Assembly (NCBI GenBank): GCA_034717795.1
Contig: JAYELY010000358.1
Location: forward strand, 1 to 31,124
Origin: a candidate division WOR-3 bacterium
Lineage (GTDB): Bacteria > Hydrothermota > Tepidihabitantia > B3-TA06
Direction of reading: 5' to 3'
Length of the DNA stretch: 31,124 nt
The notes below the pieces were generated by a model. It worked only from the letters and a program-made list of their open reading frames with translations, had not been told where the DNA came from and did no database searches. A program made the translations under genes and the position numbers. This document shows positions 16,566 to 25,546 of this stretch, piece after piece. Position 1 is the first letter of the stretch. The number at the start of each line of letters is the position of its first letter.

Positions 16566-17330
16566 ATGAAAATCGCTCTGTTTGCGGACTATCATGGAGG
16601 AGATCGCGTATGGCCTCTTCTTGAGGAGGCACTGGAGGATCAACGTTTAGACCTGATCGTTTTTGCCGGTGATATCTTGGATTCAGCGGAACGCGAAGCC
16701 GAATGGCAAAAGGTTCGCTCAACCGGTAAAGCCCCGCGCAAGCCCAAGGCGGAATCGGAACAGGATGGCGTTATAGATGAACTGGTCTACCGCGAGTTCT
16801 TTATCAATCTTACGGGATTCGGGGTGCCGATTGTGTTCGTTCCGGGACACCTGGATGCTCCTACCGCCCGACTCAACGAAACGGTGAAGAGTTTTCCCAA
16901 CGCGCATAACGTTCAAACCGAGCCCTTCGAGATGGCGGGCTACACCTTTATTGGTTGGGGTGGAGCCGTTGGACCAGTTGATACGGATTACGAGTTCTAC
17001 TGTTCCAAGGAGCGCGCCTTTAAGAAGCGTTTGTCTTCCGGATTCGACCGCGATCCTGCTCGAACCATCTTACTTGTTCATACCCCTCCTATCTCAATGG
17101 TTGACCTTGATCCAGCTGTAAACGATCATGTGGGAGCGAAGGTAATAAACGAGGTGATAGAGAAGCATCAACCTGCGTTCTGTTTCTGCGGTCACGCTCA
17201 CGGTACGCCCGGACAGGATACCCTGGGTCCCACGGTTGTAGTTAATCCGGGTCCCATGTTCCGAGGCCGCTACGCCCTCATAAATACAGAACAGAATCGG
17301 GTGCTATTTCCTACCCCGCTTAAGGTGTGA
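16566..17330 (+). CDS. Icc-related metallophosphoesterase (COG2129-like)
   Basis: ADYHG, AGDILD, VPGHLDAP, VHTPP, CGHAH, VVVNPG motifs. Confidence 0.8.
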   Translation: MKIALFADYHGGDRVWPLLEEALEDQRLDLIVFAGDILDSAEREAEWQKVRSTGKAPRKPKAESEQDGVIDELVYREFFINLTGFGVPIVFVPGHLDAPTARLNETVKSFPNAHNVQTEPFEMAGYTFIGWGGAVGPVDTDYEFYCSKERAFKKRLSSGFDRDPARTILLVHTPPISMVDLDPAVNDHVGAKVINEVIEKHQPAFCFCGHAHGTPGQDTLGPTVVVNPGPMFRGRYALINTEQNRVLFPTPLKV

Positions 17331-17761
17331 ACGAATCAGCTTGGGAGGCGCTTGAACATACAAGCGACCTGGAGCTCCTTATCCGCGGAGCAAGCGAGGA
17401 GGAGCTTTTTGCCAACGCAGCAGAGGCGTTGCTTGCGCAGATAGTCGAACCGGAAGGCGTACGCTGCATCCAGGAGCGTTGCCTTCAGGTCAGTGCTGAG
17501 AGTCCGGCGGAGCGGTTCCTTGACTGGCTGCGTGAGCTGCTGCATTGGGTTATAACGCGAGGTTTTCTTGTGCATCATGCAGAGGGTGTGAGGCTTTCGG
17601 AGGAGGGAGATCGATACAGGTTGGAGGCGGTGGTCTGCGGCGAGATGCTCGATTTAGGACGCCACAACCTGTTGCATGAGGTTAAAACGGTGACCTACCA
17701 GGATTTTCTCTATGGGAAAGAGGGAGATCTCTGGCGGGCACGCGTAGTCTTTGACGTGTAG
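17327..17761 (+). CDS. Archease
   Basis: EALEHTSDLEL.IRGAS.EELFANAAEAL...FLDWLRELL...HEVKTVTY...ARVVFDV. Confidence 0.9.
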   Translation: MNESAWEALEHTSDLELLIRGASEEELFANAAEALLAQIVEPEGVRCIQERCLQVSAESPAERFLDWLRELLHWVITRGFLVHHAEGVRLSEEGDRYRLEAVVCGEMLDLGRHNLLHEVKTVTYQDFLYGKEGDLWRARVVFDV

Positions 17762-17769
17762 GAGGACGT

Positions 17770-18051
17770 ATGAAGAAGGTTATCTGTAAGGTTGTGGCAG
17801 GTCAGTGTAACGAGGGGTTGCACAAGGTCGGGGATGAGTATGTGGTCGGTAACTGTACGTCTGAAGGAATATGCACCTCGGCGTTTGCCTCTATTTTTCC
17901 TCTGATCCTTACCATTCAGACAGGCGGTAAGTTCTTTTGGGAGAAGGACAAACAGGTTACCCGTGCGGCCTGTCCGGACGATAACGGGATAATATTTGAG
18001 ATCCGGCCGCTTGACTACGAACCTCAAGAAAGGGGAACCGATCATGCGTAG
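17770..18051 (+). CDS. TIGR04076 family protein
   Basis: CNEGLHKVGDEY...GICTSAFASIFP.I...CPD...IIFEI pattern; GGAGG RBS. Confidence 0.7.
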   Translation: MKKVICKVVAGQCNEGLHKVGDEYVVGNCTSEGICTSAFASIFPLILTIQTGGKFFWEKDKQVTRAACPDDNGIIFEIRPLDYEPQERGTDHA

Positions 18052-18658
18052 ATTTCTACCAGCCGTACTGGTGGTGGTTTTGGCCTGCGGCTCTAAGCCG
18101 TCTGCAAGTGAGGCCGAATCGGTGAGCCTTCCTGAGTCTCGCTTAAAGGTTCTTTTTGTGATCGCCCACCAGGGATTTCGAGACGAGGAACTTGCCGCCC
18201 CCAGAAAGATTCTGGAAGAAGGTGGATTTGCCGGCGTAATAGCCTCAACCGATACCACGGTTGCCACCGGGATGCTGGGCGCGAAGGTTGAACCGGATCT
18301 TTTAATCTCGCAGGCCAATTCCGAGGATTACGTTGCGCTGGTGATCGTGGGCGGGATCGGTGCCAAAAACCTCTGGGGCGACACGACCCTTGCTCGTCTG
18401 GCACGCGAGTTCAGAGATCAGGATAAGGTTCTCGGGGCTATCTGTCTTGCGCCCGTGGTATTTGGTAGAGCGGGTTTGCTTAAGGACGTAGATGCGACCT
18501 GCTTTTCCTCCGTCGCTTCCGAACTGAAGGCCGGAGGAGCCAACTACCTGACAGAAGATGTGGTATGTTCAGGAAAGATCGTTACCGCCTCCGGCCCTCG
18601 TGCTGCCGAGGCTTTCGGGCACAAACTGCTGTCCTTGCTCAAGAAGGAAGAGGAGTGA
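18044..18658 (+). CDS. DJ-1/PfpI family protein, probable lipoprotein
   Basis: Signal MRRFLPAVLVVVLAC (lipobox); IAHQGFRDEEL, VIVGGIGA, GAICLAP (Cys), IVTASGP. Confidence 0.85.
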   Translation: MRRFLPAVLVVVLACGSKPSASEAESVSLPESRLKVLFVIAHQGFRDEELAAPRKILEEGGFAGVIASTDTTVATGMLGAKVEPDLLISQANSEDYVALVIVGGIGAKNLWGDTTLARLAREFRDQDKVLGAICLAPVVFGRAGLLKDVDATCFSSVASELKAGGANYLTEDVVCSGKIVTASGPRAAEAFGHKLLSLLKKEEE

Positions 18659-19098
18659 GGGCGGTAGTTCAGCGCGTAAGCCGGGCAGCGGTCAGGGTAG
18701 ATGGAAACCAAAAGGCTTCGATCTCGAAAGGCCTTCTGGTCCTGCTCGGGGTCCAGAAAGGTGACAGCAAGGAAAAGATCGTCCGCTTTGCCGAGCGTCT
18801 TCCGCGCTACCGGTTCTTTACCGATGCCGACGGCAAGATGAACCTCTCTCTTTTGGATATCTCTGGAAGCGTTCTGGTTGTTTCCCAGTTTACCCTTGCC
18901 GCAAATCTTGCAAAGGGTCTGCGACCCTCTTTCGATCCGGCCATGTGTCCTGATGAAGCAAAGGAGCTTGTCTCGCTTTTTGCAGATACCTTGCGTTCTT
19001 CAGGCGTCAACGTAGAGGAAGGTATTTTTGGTGCGCATATGGAGGTTGAACTGGTCAACGACGGCCCTGTAACGTTCGTATTCGAAGGAGCCCTGTGA
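18655..19098 (+). CDS. dtd: D-aminoacyl-tRNA deacylase
   Basis: (M)RAVVQRV, VVSQFTL, GLRPSF, GIFGAHMEVELVNDGPVT; GTG start at 18655. Confidence 0.95.
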   Translation: MRAVVQRVSRAAVRVDGNQKASISKGLLVLLGVQKGDSKEKIVRFAERLPRYRFFTDADGKMNLSLLDISGSVLVVSQFTLAANLAKGLRPSFDPAMCPDEAKELVSLFADTLRSSGVNVEEGIFGAHMEVELVNDGPVTFVFEGAL

Positions 19099-19976
19099 TG
19101 GTCACCAGTATGACAGGACAAGGAAGGGCCGTTGTTCTTATCAAACCTGAAGGCCTGCGTCTGACCGTGGAGGCGCATTCGCTCAACCACCGCTATCTTG
19201 AGGTAAGCGTTAAGCTGCCTGATCAGCTGGCGGGTTACGAGGAAAAGATCAAACAGGTGATAAAGCAGAGCGTAAACCGCGGTTCGGTGAGCGTCGTCAT
19301 CCACATTGAAGAATCCAACGGCAAGCGTCTGGTTCTTGCCCAGGAAGTTCTTGACGATTTCCTGCATCTTCTAAAGGAATTGCGAAAGCGGGTGCCTGTA
19401 CCCGTATCCGAAGAAATAACCCCTGAGCTGCTCTTCCGAATCCCCGGTCTTATCAAGGAAGAGCCTCGTGATGTGGAGACGGCCAAGCTCTGGAAATACA
19501 CGAAGCGCTTGGTTGATCGTGCTATTAAGGATCTGGTAAGGATGCGCCGCGCCGAAGGAAGGAACCTTGAGAAGGATCTAAGAGGACGCCTTAAAGTCAT
19601 CAACAGCAATTTGAGTGCTGTTAAGCGCAGGATTCCAGGCCGAATAAAAAAGAAGCACACCAAGCTTCTGGAGCTTTTAGAAGAGATGAAGATCGAGCCA
19701 GACAGAAACCGGTTGTTGCAGGAAGTTCTTTACTTCTCGGAGCGATTCGATATCCACGAGGAGTGCGTGAGGCTTTCCAATCACATCAAACTTTTCAGGG
19801 AAACACTGGGCGAGCCTAAATCCAACGGACGCCGGCTTAATTTCACCACTCAGGAGATGCTTAAGGAAACCAACACCATCGGCGCCAAATCCAACGACAC
19901 CGAGATCACCCATTTCGTTATAGCTATGAAAGAAGAGGTGGAAAAGATTCGCGAACAAGTCCAGAATGTTGAATAG
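19095..19976 (+). CDS. yicC: YicC/YloC family endoribonuclease
   Basis: SMTGQG, SLNHRYLE, DIHEECVRL..H, GRRLNFTTQEMLKETNTIGAKS, EKIREQVQNVE; start may be ATG 19098. Confidence 0.93.
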   Translation: MMVTSMTGQGRAVVLIKPEGLRLTVEAHSLNHRYLEVSVKLPDQLAGYEEKIKQVIKQSVNRGSVSVVIHIEESNGKRLVLAQEVLDDFLHLLKELRKRVPVPVSEEITPELLFRIPGLIKEEPRDVETAKLWKYTKRLVDRAIKDLVRMRRAEGRNLEKDLRGRLKVINSNLSAVKRRIPGRIKKKHTKLLELLEEMKIEPDRNRLLQEVLYFSERFDIHEECVRLSNHIKLFRETLGEPKSNGRRLNFTTQEMLKETNTIGAKSNDTEITHFVIAMKEEVEKIREQVQNVE

Positions 19977-20571
19977 AGACCCATTTTTGTTTATACTCTC
20001 GGCTCCTTCAGGTGCGGGGAAAACAACCCTGTGTCGCTCGCTTGTGCGGTGCGATGACAAGGTTCGCTACTCGGTTTCGGCAACCACGCGGCCGAGGCGC
20101 GGCAAGGAAGTAGACGGCAAGGCCTACCATTTCGTAAGCGAAGAGGGGTTCGACCGTCTTATCAAAGAGGATGACCTGCTTGAATGGGAGGAGGTTTACG
20201 GTTATCGCTACGGTACTCCTAAGGCCCAGGTCGAGGAACTGCTCTCGCAAGGGTTTGACGTGGTGCTGGATACGGACATTAAGGGAGCGCTCCATCTCAA
20301 GAGGCTTTACCCTGAGAGCGTGACCGTCTTTTTGCTGCCGCCCAGCCTTTCCGAGTTGCGCCGCAGGCTCACCGCGAGGGGGCGGGACGATCGCGAGACG
20401 ATCGAGGCGCGCCTTGCGCGGGCCGAAGCCGAGATCGAGCGGGCAGGGGAGTTCGATTACGCGGTGGTGAACGATTCGCTTTCTGCAAGCCTGCGGTCGC
20501 TTCGGGCTATCCTTGACGCGGAACGCGCTCGCATTGCGCGAGCGAAAAAGATTAAACTGACGGAGGATTGA
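19966..20571 (+). CDS. gmk: Guanylate kinase
   Basis: SAPSGAGKTT, SVSATTRPRR..EVDGKAYHFV, EWEEVYG..YGTP. Confidence 0.97.
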   Translation: MLNRDPFLFILSAPSGAGKTTLCRSLVRCDDKVRYSVSATTRPRRGKEVDGKAYHFVSEEGFDRLIKEDDLLEWEEVYGYRYGTPKAQVEELLSQGFDVVLDTDIKGALHLKRLYPESVTVFLLPPSLSELRRRLTARGRDDRETIEARLARAEAEIERAGEFDYAVVNDSLSASLRSLRAILDAERARIARAKKIKLTED

Positions 20572-20762
20572 TGCAAGAAATCTCTCTTGAGAAGATCTGG
20601 AAACGTTATGAAAATAAGTATCGCTTCCTGGCGATGGCCTCAAGGGAAACACGACGCCTGATCGAGGAGGTGGCAGAGGGACGAATTGATGCGGTAGAAA
20701 ACCCCTATAGCTTGGGGCTGGCACGCACCCTGCGTGGAGAGGCTGAAGAGAAGAAAGAATGA
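20571..20762 (+). CDS. rpoZ: RNA polymerase omega subunit
   Basis: Small ORF between gmk and coaBC (conserved context); NKYRFLAMASRETRRL. Confidence 0.7.
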   Translation: MQEISLEKIWKRYENKYRFLAMASRETRRLIEEVAEGRIDAVENPYSLGLARTLRGEAEEKKE

Positions 20763-21940
20763 ACGAAAGAGTTCTTCTTGGAGTAACCGGGTCAATAGCC
20801 GCGTACAAAGCCCCCTTGGTGCTGCGGGCCTTGAGAGGGAGGAGTTTCCGGGTCCCGGTGGTACTCACAGAAGCGGCACAGCGCTTCATCGGCAGGGTTA
20901 CGTTCGAAGCTCTTACCGACGAAGGGGTTTACGATAATCTGTGGGCGCGGCGAGAGGCGCTTACACATATCTCACTCCTTGAAGGCACCCGTCTTGTGCT
21001 CCTAGCCCCTGCAACCGCCGATATCATTGCAAAGGCGACACATGGTTTGGCCGACGATCTGCTTTCGAGCCTTATTCTGGCAGCAGACCCGAAGCTCCTG
21101 CTCTTTGCGCCTGCAATGAACACCGGCATGTGGCGGAATCCGGCTACCCAGGAGAATATAGCTACACTCAAGGGGCGCGGTGCAGGATTTGTGGAACCCG
21201 GCGAGGGCGAACTTGCCTGCGGGATGGTCGGTAAAGGAAGATTGGCCGAGATCGAGGAGATAGTGCTTGCCGCGGAGAGGTTGATTCGGGCGCATCCGGT
21301 GCTCAGAGGCAAACGGGTGGTGGTTACCGCGGGTCGCACAGAGGAGGAGCTGGATCCGGTTCGAGTTATCACCAATCGCTCCTCGGGCAGGATGGGAGTC
21401 CAGATAGCTCAGGCTTTCGCCCGTGTGGGAGCCGATGTGACGCTCCTCGCAGGCGAGATGAACGTTCCACTGCCCTGTGGGGTCCGGATCGTCAGGGTGA
21501 GGTCGGCGGCCCAGATGCTTGAACAGCTTACATCCCTTATGCCCTCTACAGACGTATTGCTCATGGCGGCAGCGGTCGGAGACTACGCACCGAAGGAGAG
21601 CGCCGATTACAAGCTGAAGGAGACAGAGCTTACCCTATCCCTTATAAGAACACCTGACATTCTGTCCGCATTCGCAGATTCATCAACCGTTCGTATCGGT
21701 TTCTCGGTCGAGACCGGTGAAGACTGGCGGGCAGCAGCGGTTGAAAAACTCTCCTCCAAGAGACTTGATGCTATAGTGGCCAACCCGGCTGAGGCCATAG
21801 GTAGTGAAAAAACCCAGGCTGTGATTATCTATGCTGACGGCAAAAGAGTTGAGGTTCCACGCACGAGCAAGGAAGAGCTGGCGGAAAGGCTGGTTGAGGT
21901 GGTAGCCGATCTTTTAGAAAAGAGGAAGAGCCGTGATTGA
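20759..21940 (+). CDS. coaBC: Bifunctional phosphopantothenoylcysteine decarboxylase/synthetase
   Basis: LGVTGSIAAYK, APATAD.IAK, APAMNTGMW, GELACG..GKGRL, VTAGRTEE.LDPVRVITNRSSGRMG, MAAAVGDY. Confidence 0.97.
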   Translation: MNERVLLGVTGSIAAYKAPLVLRALRGRSFRVPVVLTEAAQRFIGRVTFEALTDEGVYDNLWARREALTHISLLEGTRLVLLAPATADIIAKATHGLADDLLSSLILAADPKLLLFAPAMNTGMWRNPATQENIATLKGRGAGFVEPGEGELACGMVGKGRLAEIEEIVLAAERLIRAHPVLRGKRVVVTAGRTEEELDPVRVITNRSSGRMGVQIAQAFARVGADVTLLAGEMNVPLPCGVRIVRVRSAAQMLEQLTSLMPSTDVLLMAAAVGDYAPKESADYKLKETELTLSLIRTPDILSAFADSSTVRIGFSVETGEDWRAAAVEKLSSKRLDAIVANPAEAIGSEKTQAVIIYADGKRVEVPRTSKEELAERLVEVVADLLEKRKSRD

Positions 21941-23342
21941 TCCCTCCCTTGGTGAGACTCTGCGCGTTCCGCCCCACGCAGCGGAGGCTGAGGCGGCGGT
22001 TTTGGCAGCGATGCTTATCTCCCAGGAGGCCATGTACAAGGCGTTCGGGATCCTTCGCTCCGAGTGTTTCTACGACCGCAAGAACCGGCTTATAGCCGAG
22101 GCGGTGCAGGGGCTCTTCGAACGCAACGAGACTGCCGATCTCGTAACCGTAAGCGAGGAACTCAAGCGGCAAAAGAAGCTTTCCGATGCTGGGGGGCTGG
22201 AGTATCTTTCCTCCCTTGCCGAGAACGTGGTGGCGCCTGCGCATGTCGAGGAGCACGCCCGCATAGTGTATGAGAAGTGGGTTCAGCGCCGACTTATAGG
22301 TATTGCCACCCGGATCGTTCAGGACGCATATGACTCCAGACAACCTGTGGACGAGATGCTGGACAAGGCCGAGAATCGAATCTTCGAGATCAAGGAATCC
22401 AAGCTGCGCGGCGGGTTCGTGGCGCTCAAGGATCTTTTAGTTCCAGCCATGCGCGCTATCGACCGGGCCAAGCAGGAGGGACGCCACGTAACCGGTATCC
22501 CTACAGGATTCGTTGACCTTGACAGCATGACCTCCGGTTTGCAACGTGGCGAGCTTGTGGTTATCGCCGGACGTCCTTCTATGGGCAAATCTTCGCTCGC
22601 CCTCAACATAGCGGTGGAAGCGGCCAAGCGTGAAGGGACAAAGGTTGGTCTATTTAGCCTTGAGATGACCACCGAGATGGTGGTGGAGCGAATCATCTGC
22701 TCGGAGGCGGAGGTCGGTCTTTCCAAGTTGCGTTCAGGTAGATTGAGCATGGAGGATTACGCCAGACTCTCCAACGTGATGGGGGTGCTTAACGAGCTTC
22801 CTGTATACATAGACGACACGCCTTCGCTTTCCATCCTGGAACTCAAGGCCAAGGCCCGCAGGCTTCACGCCGAAGGCGAGCTGGGGATGGTGATTGTAGA
22901 TTACATGCAGCTTATGGATGCTTCAGCCGGTTTTGCAGGTCAGCGCAACCGGCAACAGGAGATAACCGAGATCAGTAGATCTCTCAAGGCCATGGCCAAG
23001 GAGATCAACGCGCCGGTGGTGGCGCTGTCCCAGCTTTCACGTCGGCCTGAGATGCGCGAGAGCAAGAAACCGCAGCTCGCCGATCTCAGAGAATCGGGAG
23101 CGATTGAGCAGGATGCGGATCTCGTGCTGCTCATACATAGACCTGGGTTCTACAATCCTAAATTGGAGGAAGGGCATCCAGGCAGTCCTGCGAAGATAAT
23201 TATCGCAAAGCAACGAAACGGTCCCACTGGCGAGTTGGATCTTGTTTTCCGCAAACCGATCATGCGTTTCGAAAGTTACGTCGCTCGCGTGGAAGAGGAG
23301 CTGGGCGAAGAGATAGACAGAGTGACAGAGGAGGACCTCTAG
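21933..23342 (+). CDS. dnaB: Replicative DNA helicase
   Basis: VPPHAAEAE, GIPTGF.DLD.MTSGLQ, GRPSMGKS, VDYMQL, LSQLSR, LADLRESGAIEQDAD, KQRNGPTG. Confidence 0.98.
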   Translation: MIDPSLGETLRVPPHAAEAEAAVLAAMLISQEAMYKAFGILRSECFYDRKNRLIAEAVQGLFERNETADLVTVSEELKRQKKLSDAGGLEYLSSLAENVVAPAHVEEHARIVYEKWVQRRLIGIATRIVQDAYDSRQPVDEMLDKAENRIFEIKESKLRGGFVALKDLLVPAMRAIDRAKQEGRHVTGIPTGFVDLDSMTSGLQRGELVVIAGRPSMGKSSLALNIAVEAAKREGTKVGLFSLEMTTEMVVERIICSEAEVGLSKLRSGRLSMEDYARLSNVMGVLNELPVYIDDTPSLSILELKAKARRLHAEGELGMVIVDYMQLMDASAGFAGQRNRQQEITEISRSLKAMAKEINAPVVALSQLSRRPEMRESKKPQLADLRESGAIEQDADLVLLIHRPGFYNPKLEEGHPGSPAKIIIAKQRNGPTGELDLVFRKPIMRFESYVARVEEELGEEIDRVTEEDL

Positions 23343-24073
23343 TGGTCCGTCAGCTTGGTCGGTATGTGCTTTTTACCCTGCGCGCCTTCGGTGGGATGGG
23401 CTACGTTCTTCGTCGGCCCGAACTTGTACTTAAGCAGGTTTACACCCTTGGTCTTCTTTCCCTGCCGGTAATCTCCTTCGCCTCGATATTCCTAGGGATG
23501 GTCACAGCACTTATGGTAGCGTATCAGTTAGAAGCCGGGCTACCCAAATTTTACGTAGGCGCTACCGGCGGTCGCAGCATCCTTATAGAGATTGCACCAT
23601 TGGTGATCTCGCTCTTGGTGGTGGCCAGGGTTGGTTCGAACATCACCGCCCGTATCGGCACCATGAAGGTTACCGAGCAGATAGACGCTTTGGAGACTAT
23701 GGGTATCAACTCGGTTCATTATCTCGCCTTGCCAATAATACTTGCCAGTATTGTCGTGGTGCCTGCACTGGTGATCTATAGCGATTTCATATCGCTTGTC
23801 GCAGCCGCGGTCTCGGCCAAGGTGATCGTCAACGTTCCAACATCGCAATACATATTTGGTCTTAAACGATACGCGACTCTCAACGACGTGCTTGGGGGTT
23901 TGCTTAAGACCCCTTTCTTCGGACTCGCCATGGGTTCTATTTCGGTCTACTACGGATTCCAGACAGAGCTTGGCGCGGAAGGTGTTGGTAAATCCGTTAC
24001 CGCTTCCGTTGTCACCTCCGCAGCCTTGATTATGATACTTGATTTCATAGTCGCGTTCTGGATGTTCAGATGA
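23342..24073 (+). CDS. mlaE: MlaE family ABC transporter permease
   Basis: EIAPLV..L.V.ARVGS.ITA.IGTMKVTEQIDALETMG, GAEGVGKSVT.SVV. Confidence 0.93.
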   Translation: MVRQLGRYVLFTLRAFGGMGYVLRRPELVLKQVYTLGLLSLPVISFASIFLGMVTALMVAYQLEAGLPKFYVGATGGRSILIEIAPLVISLLVVARVGSNITARIGTMKVTEQIDALETMGINSVHYLALPIILASIVVVPALVIYSDFISLVAAAVSAKVIVNVPTSQYIFGLKRYATLNDVLGGLLKTPFFGLAMGSISVYYGFQTELGAEGVGKSVTASVVTSAALIMILDFIVAFWMFR

Positions 24074-24777
24074 TAAAGGTCTCCGGGCTATCCAAGTGTT
24101 TCTCGCAGCAGAAGGTGCTTGAGGGCATCGATTTTGAGGCGCAAGACGGTCGAAGGGTGTTTATACTGGGCAAGTCCGGATCGGGCAAGACCGTCTTCCT
24201 CAAGTGCATACTCGGGTTGCTTGTTCCTGATACCGGGAAGATCTTCATAGACGAAGTGGACATAACCCGCCTTATGGTAAAACCTCGCTTCAAAAGGAAG
24301 CTTACCCGTATACGCCAGAAGATAGGCTATGTTTTTCAGGGTTCGGCGCTTCTGGATTCCCTTTCAGTGGCCAACAATATCGCTTTAGCCCTTGATAGTA
24401 AAAAGCTTCCTTGGGAGGAACAGAATCGGATCATTGACGAGAAGCTTGATCTGGTTGGGCTTGATGGAGATGTGCGTAGGAAGTATCCGGCGCAGCTTTC
24501 AGGTGGAATGAAGAAACTTGTGGCCATCGCGCGTGCTATCGCGGCCGAGCCGCACTACATCTTTTACGACGAGCCAACCACAGGCCTTGATCCTGCGATG
24601 ATCGCACGCATAACAAAACTCATTATTGAACTCAGCGAAAAGCTGGAGGTGACATCCCTTATCGTCACTCACGATATGGGACTTGCCAGGCGCGCCGGAC
24701 AGGATATTTACTTTCTAAAGAACTATACTTTGAGCCGTCCGCGCCGTATCACGCGATTGGAGGAACTTTATGAATAA
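24070..24777 (+). CDS. mlaF: MlaF family ABC transporter ATP-binding protein
   Basis: GKSGSGKT, FQGSALLDSL, YPAQLSGGMKK, YDEPTTGLDP, VTHD. Confidence 0.92.
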   Translation: MIKVSGLSKCFSQQKVLEGIDFEAQDGRRVFILGKSGSGKTVFLKCILGLLVPDTGKIFIDEVDITRLMVKPRFKRKLTRIRQKIGYVFQGSALLDSLSVANNIALALDSKKLPWEEQNRIIDEKLDLVGLDGDVRRKYPAQLSGGMKKLVAIARAIAAEPHYIFYDEPTTGLDPAMIARITKLIIELSEKLEVTSLIVTHDMGLARRAGQDIYFLKNYTLSRPRRITRLEELYE

Positions 24778-25546
24778 TGAACGCCGTCGAGAGATAGCGG
24801 CAGGACTCTTTCTTTTCTTCGGGCTCTTAATCCTGCTCTTCGGTGTCAGCTGGCTTAAGGATTACTGGTCGTTGCGCAAAACCTACGAGGTAAAGGTGCG
24901 CCTCAAGGATGTAGGTGGACTGCGCATGAGCGATCCGGTGGACGTGGCCGGAGTCGTAAAGGGAAAGGTGACGGATGTAGAGATCGGCAAAAAGGATATA
25001 ATGCTTACCCTGAACATCGAAGAAGACATCGATATCCCAATAGACTCCCGCATTACCATGCGTACCCGTTCGCTCTTTACTGGAGAAAAGTATATTAAGG
25101 TGGATTTAGGTGAATCCGACGTCATGGCCAGGGACACGAACATAGTGTTCAAAGGGATGTATATAGACGATTTCTCTCTGGAGCACCTGCAACGCACGCT
25201 AATTCGGATAGAATCCCTGCTTTCCGAGCTGGAGATAGAGGGCATTCAGACGGCTGTTGAAGAGGGGATTACTGATCTGTTTGATGAGGCTAAACGTGGT
25301 ATCAAACCTGTGGTCGAGCGTGGTGAGGTGATGGGCGAAGCTATAGACGATCTGGCCTCTGCTGCCGAAAGTCTTGATTCTATCCTTACGAGGCTCCAGC
25401 GCGGCGAAGGATCTTTGGGAAGGTTGATGGAAGATGATACGGTGTATGTGAACCTCAAAGAGGCCTCAGAGGAACTCAAGATTCTAATCAAGGACATCCG
25501 GGAGAACCCTGAGCGTTACATAAACGTAGAAGTAAAGGTATTTTGA
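24770..25546 (+). CDS. mlaD: MlaD/MCE family substrate-binding protein
   Basis: N-terminal TM helix, GGL...DPV.VAGV.KG.V, GEKYI, GSLGRL, DIRENP.RY. Confidence 0.9.
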   Translation: MNNERRREIAAGLFLFFGLLILLFGVSWLKDYWSLRKTYEVKVRLKDVGGLRMSDPVDVAGVVKGKVTDVEIGKKDIMLTLNIEEDIDIPIDSRITMRTRSLFTGEKYIKVDLGESDVMARDTNIVFKGMYIDDFSLEHLQRTLIRIESLLSELEIEGIQTAVEEGITDLFDEAKRGIKPVVERGEVMGEAIDDLASAAESLDSILTRLQRGEGSLGRLMEDDTVYVNLKEASEELKILIKDIRENPERYINVEVKVF

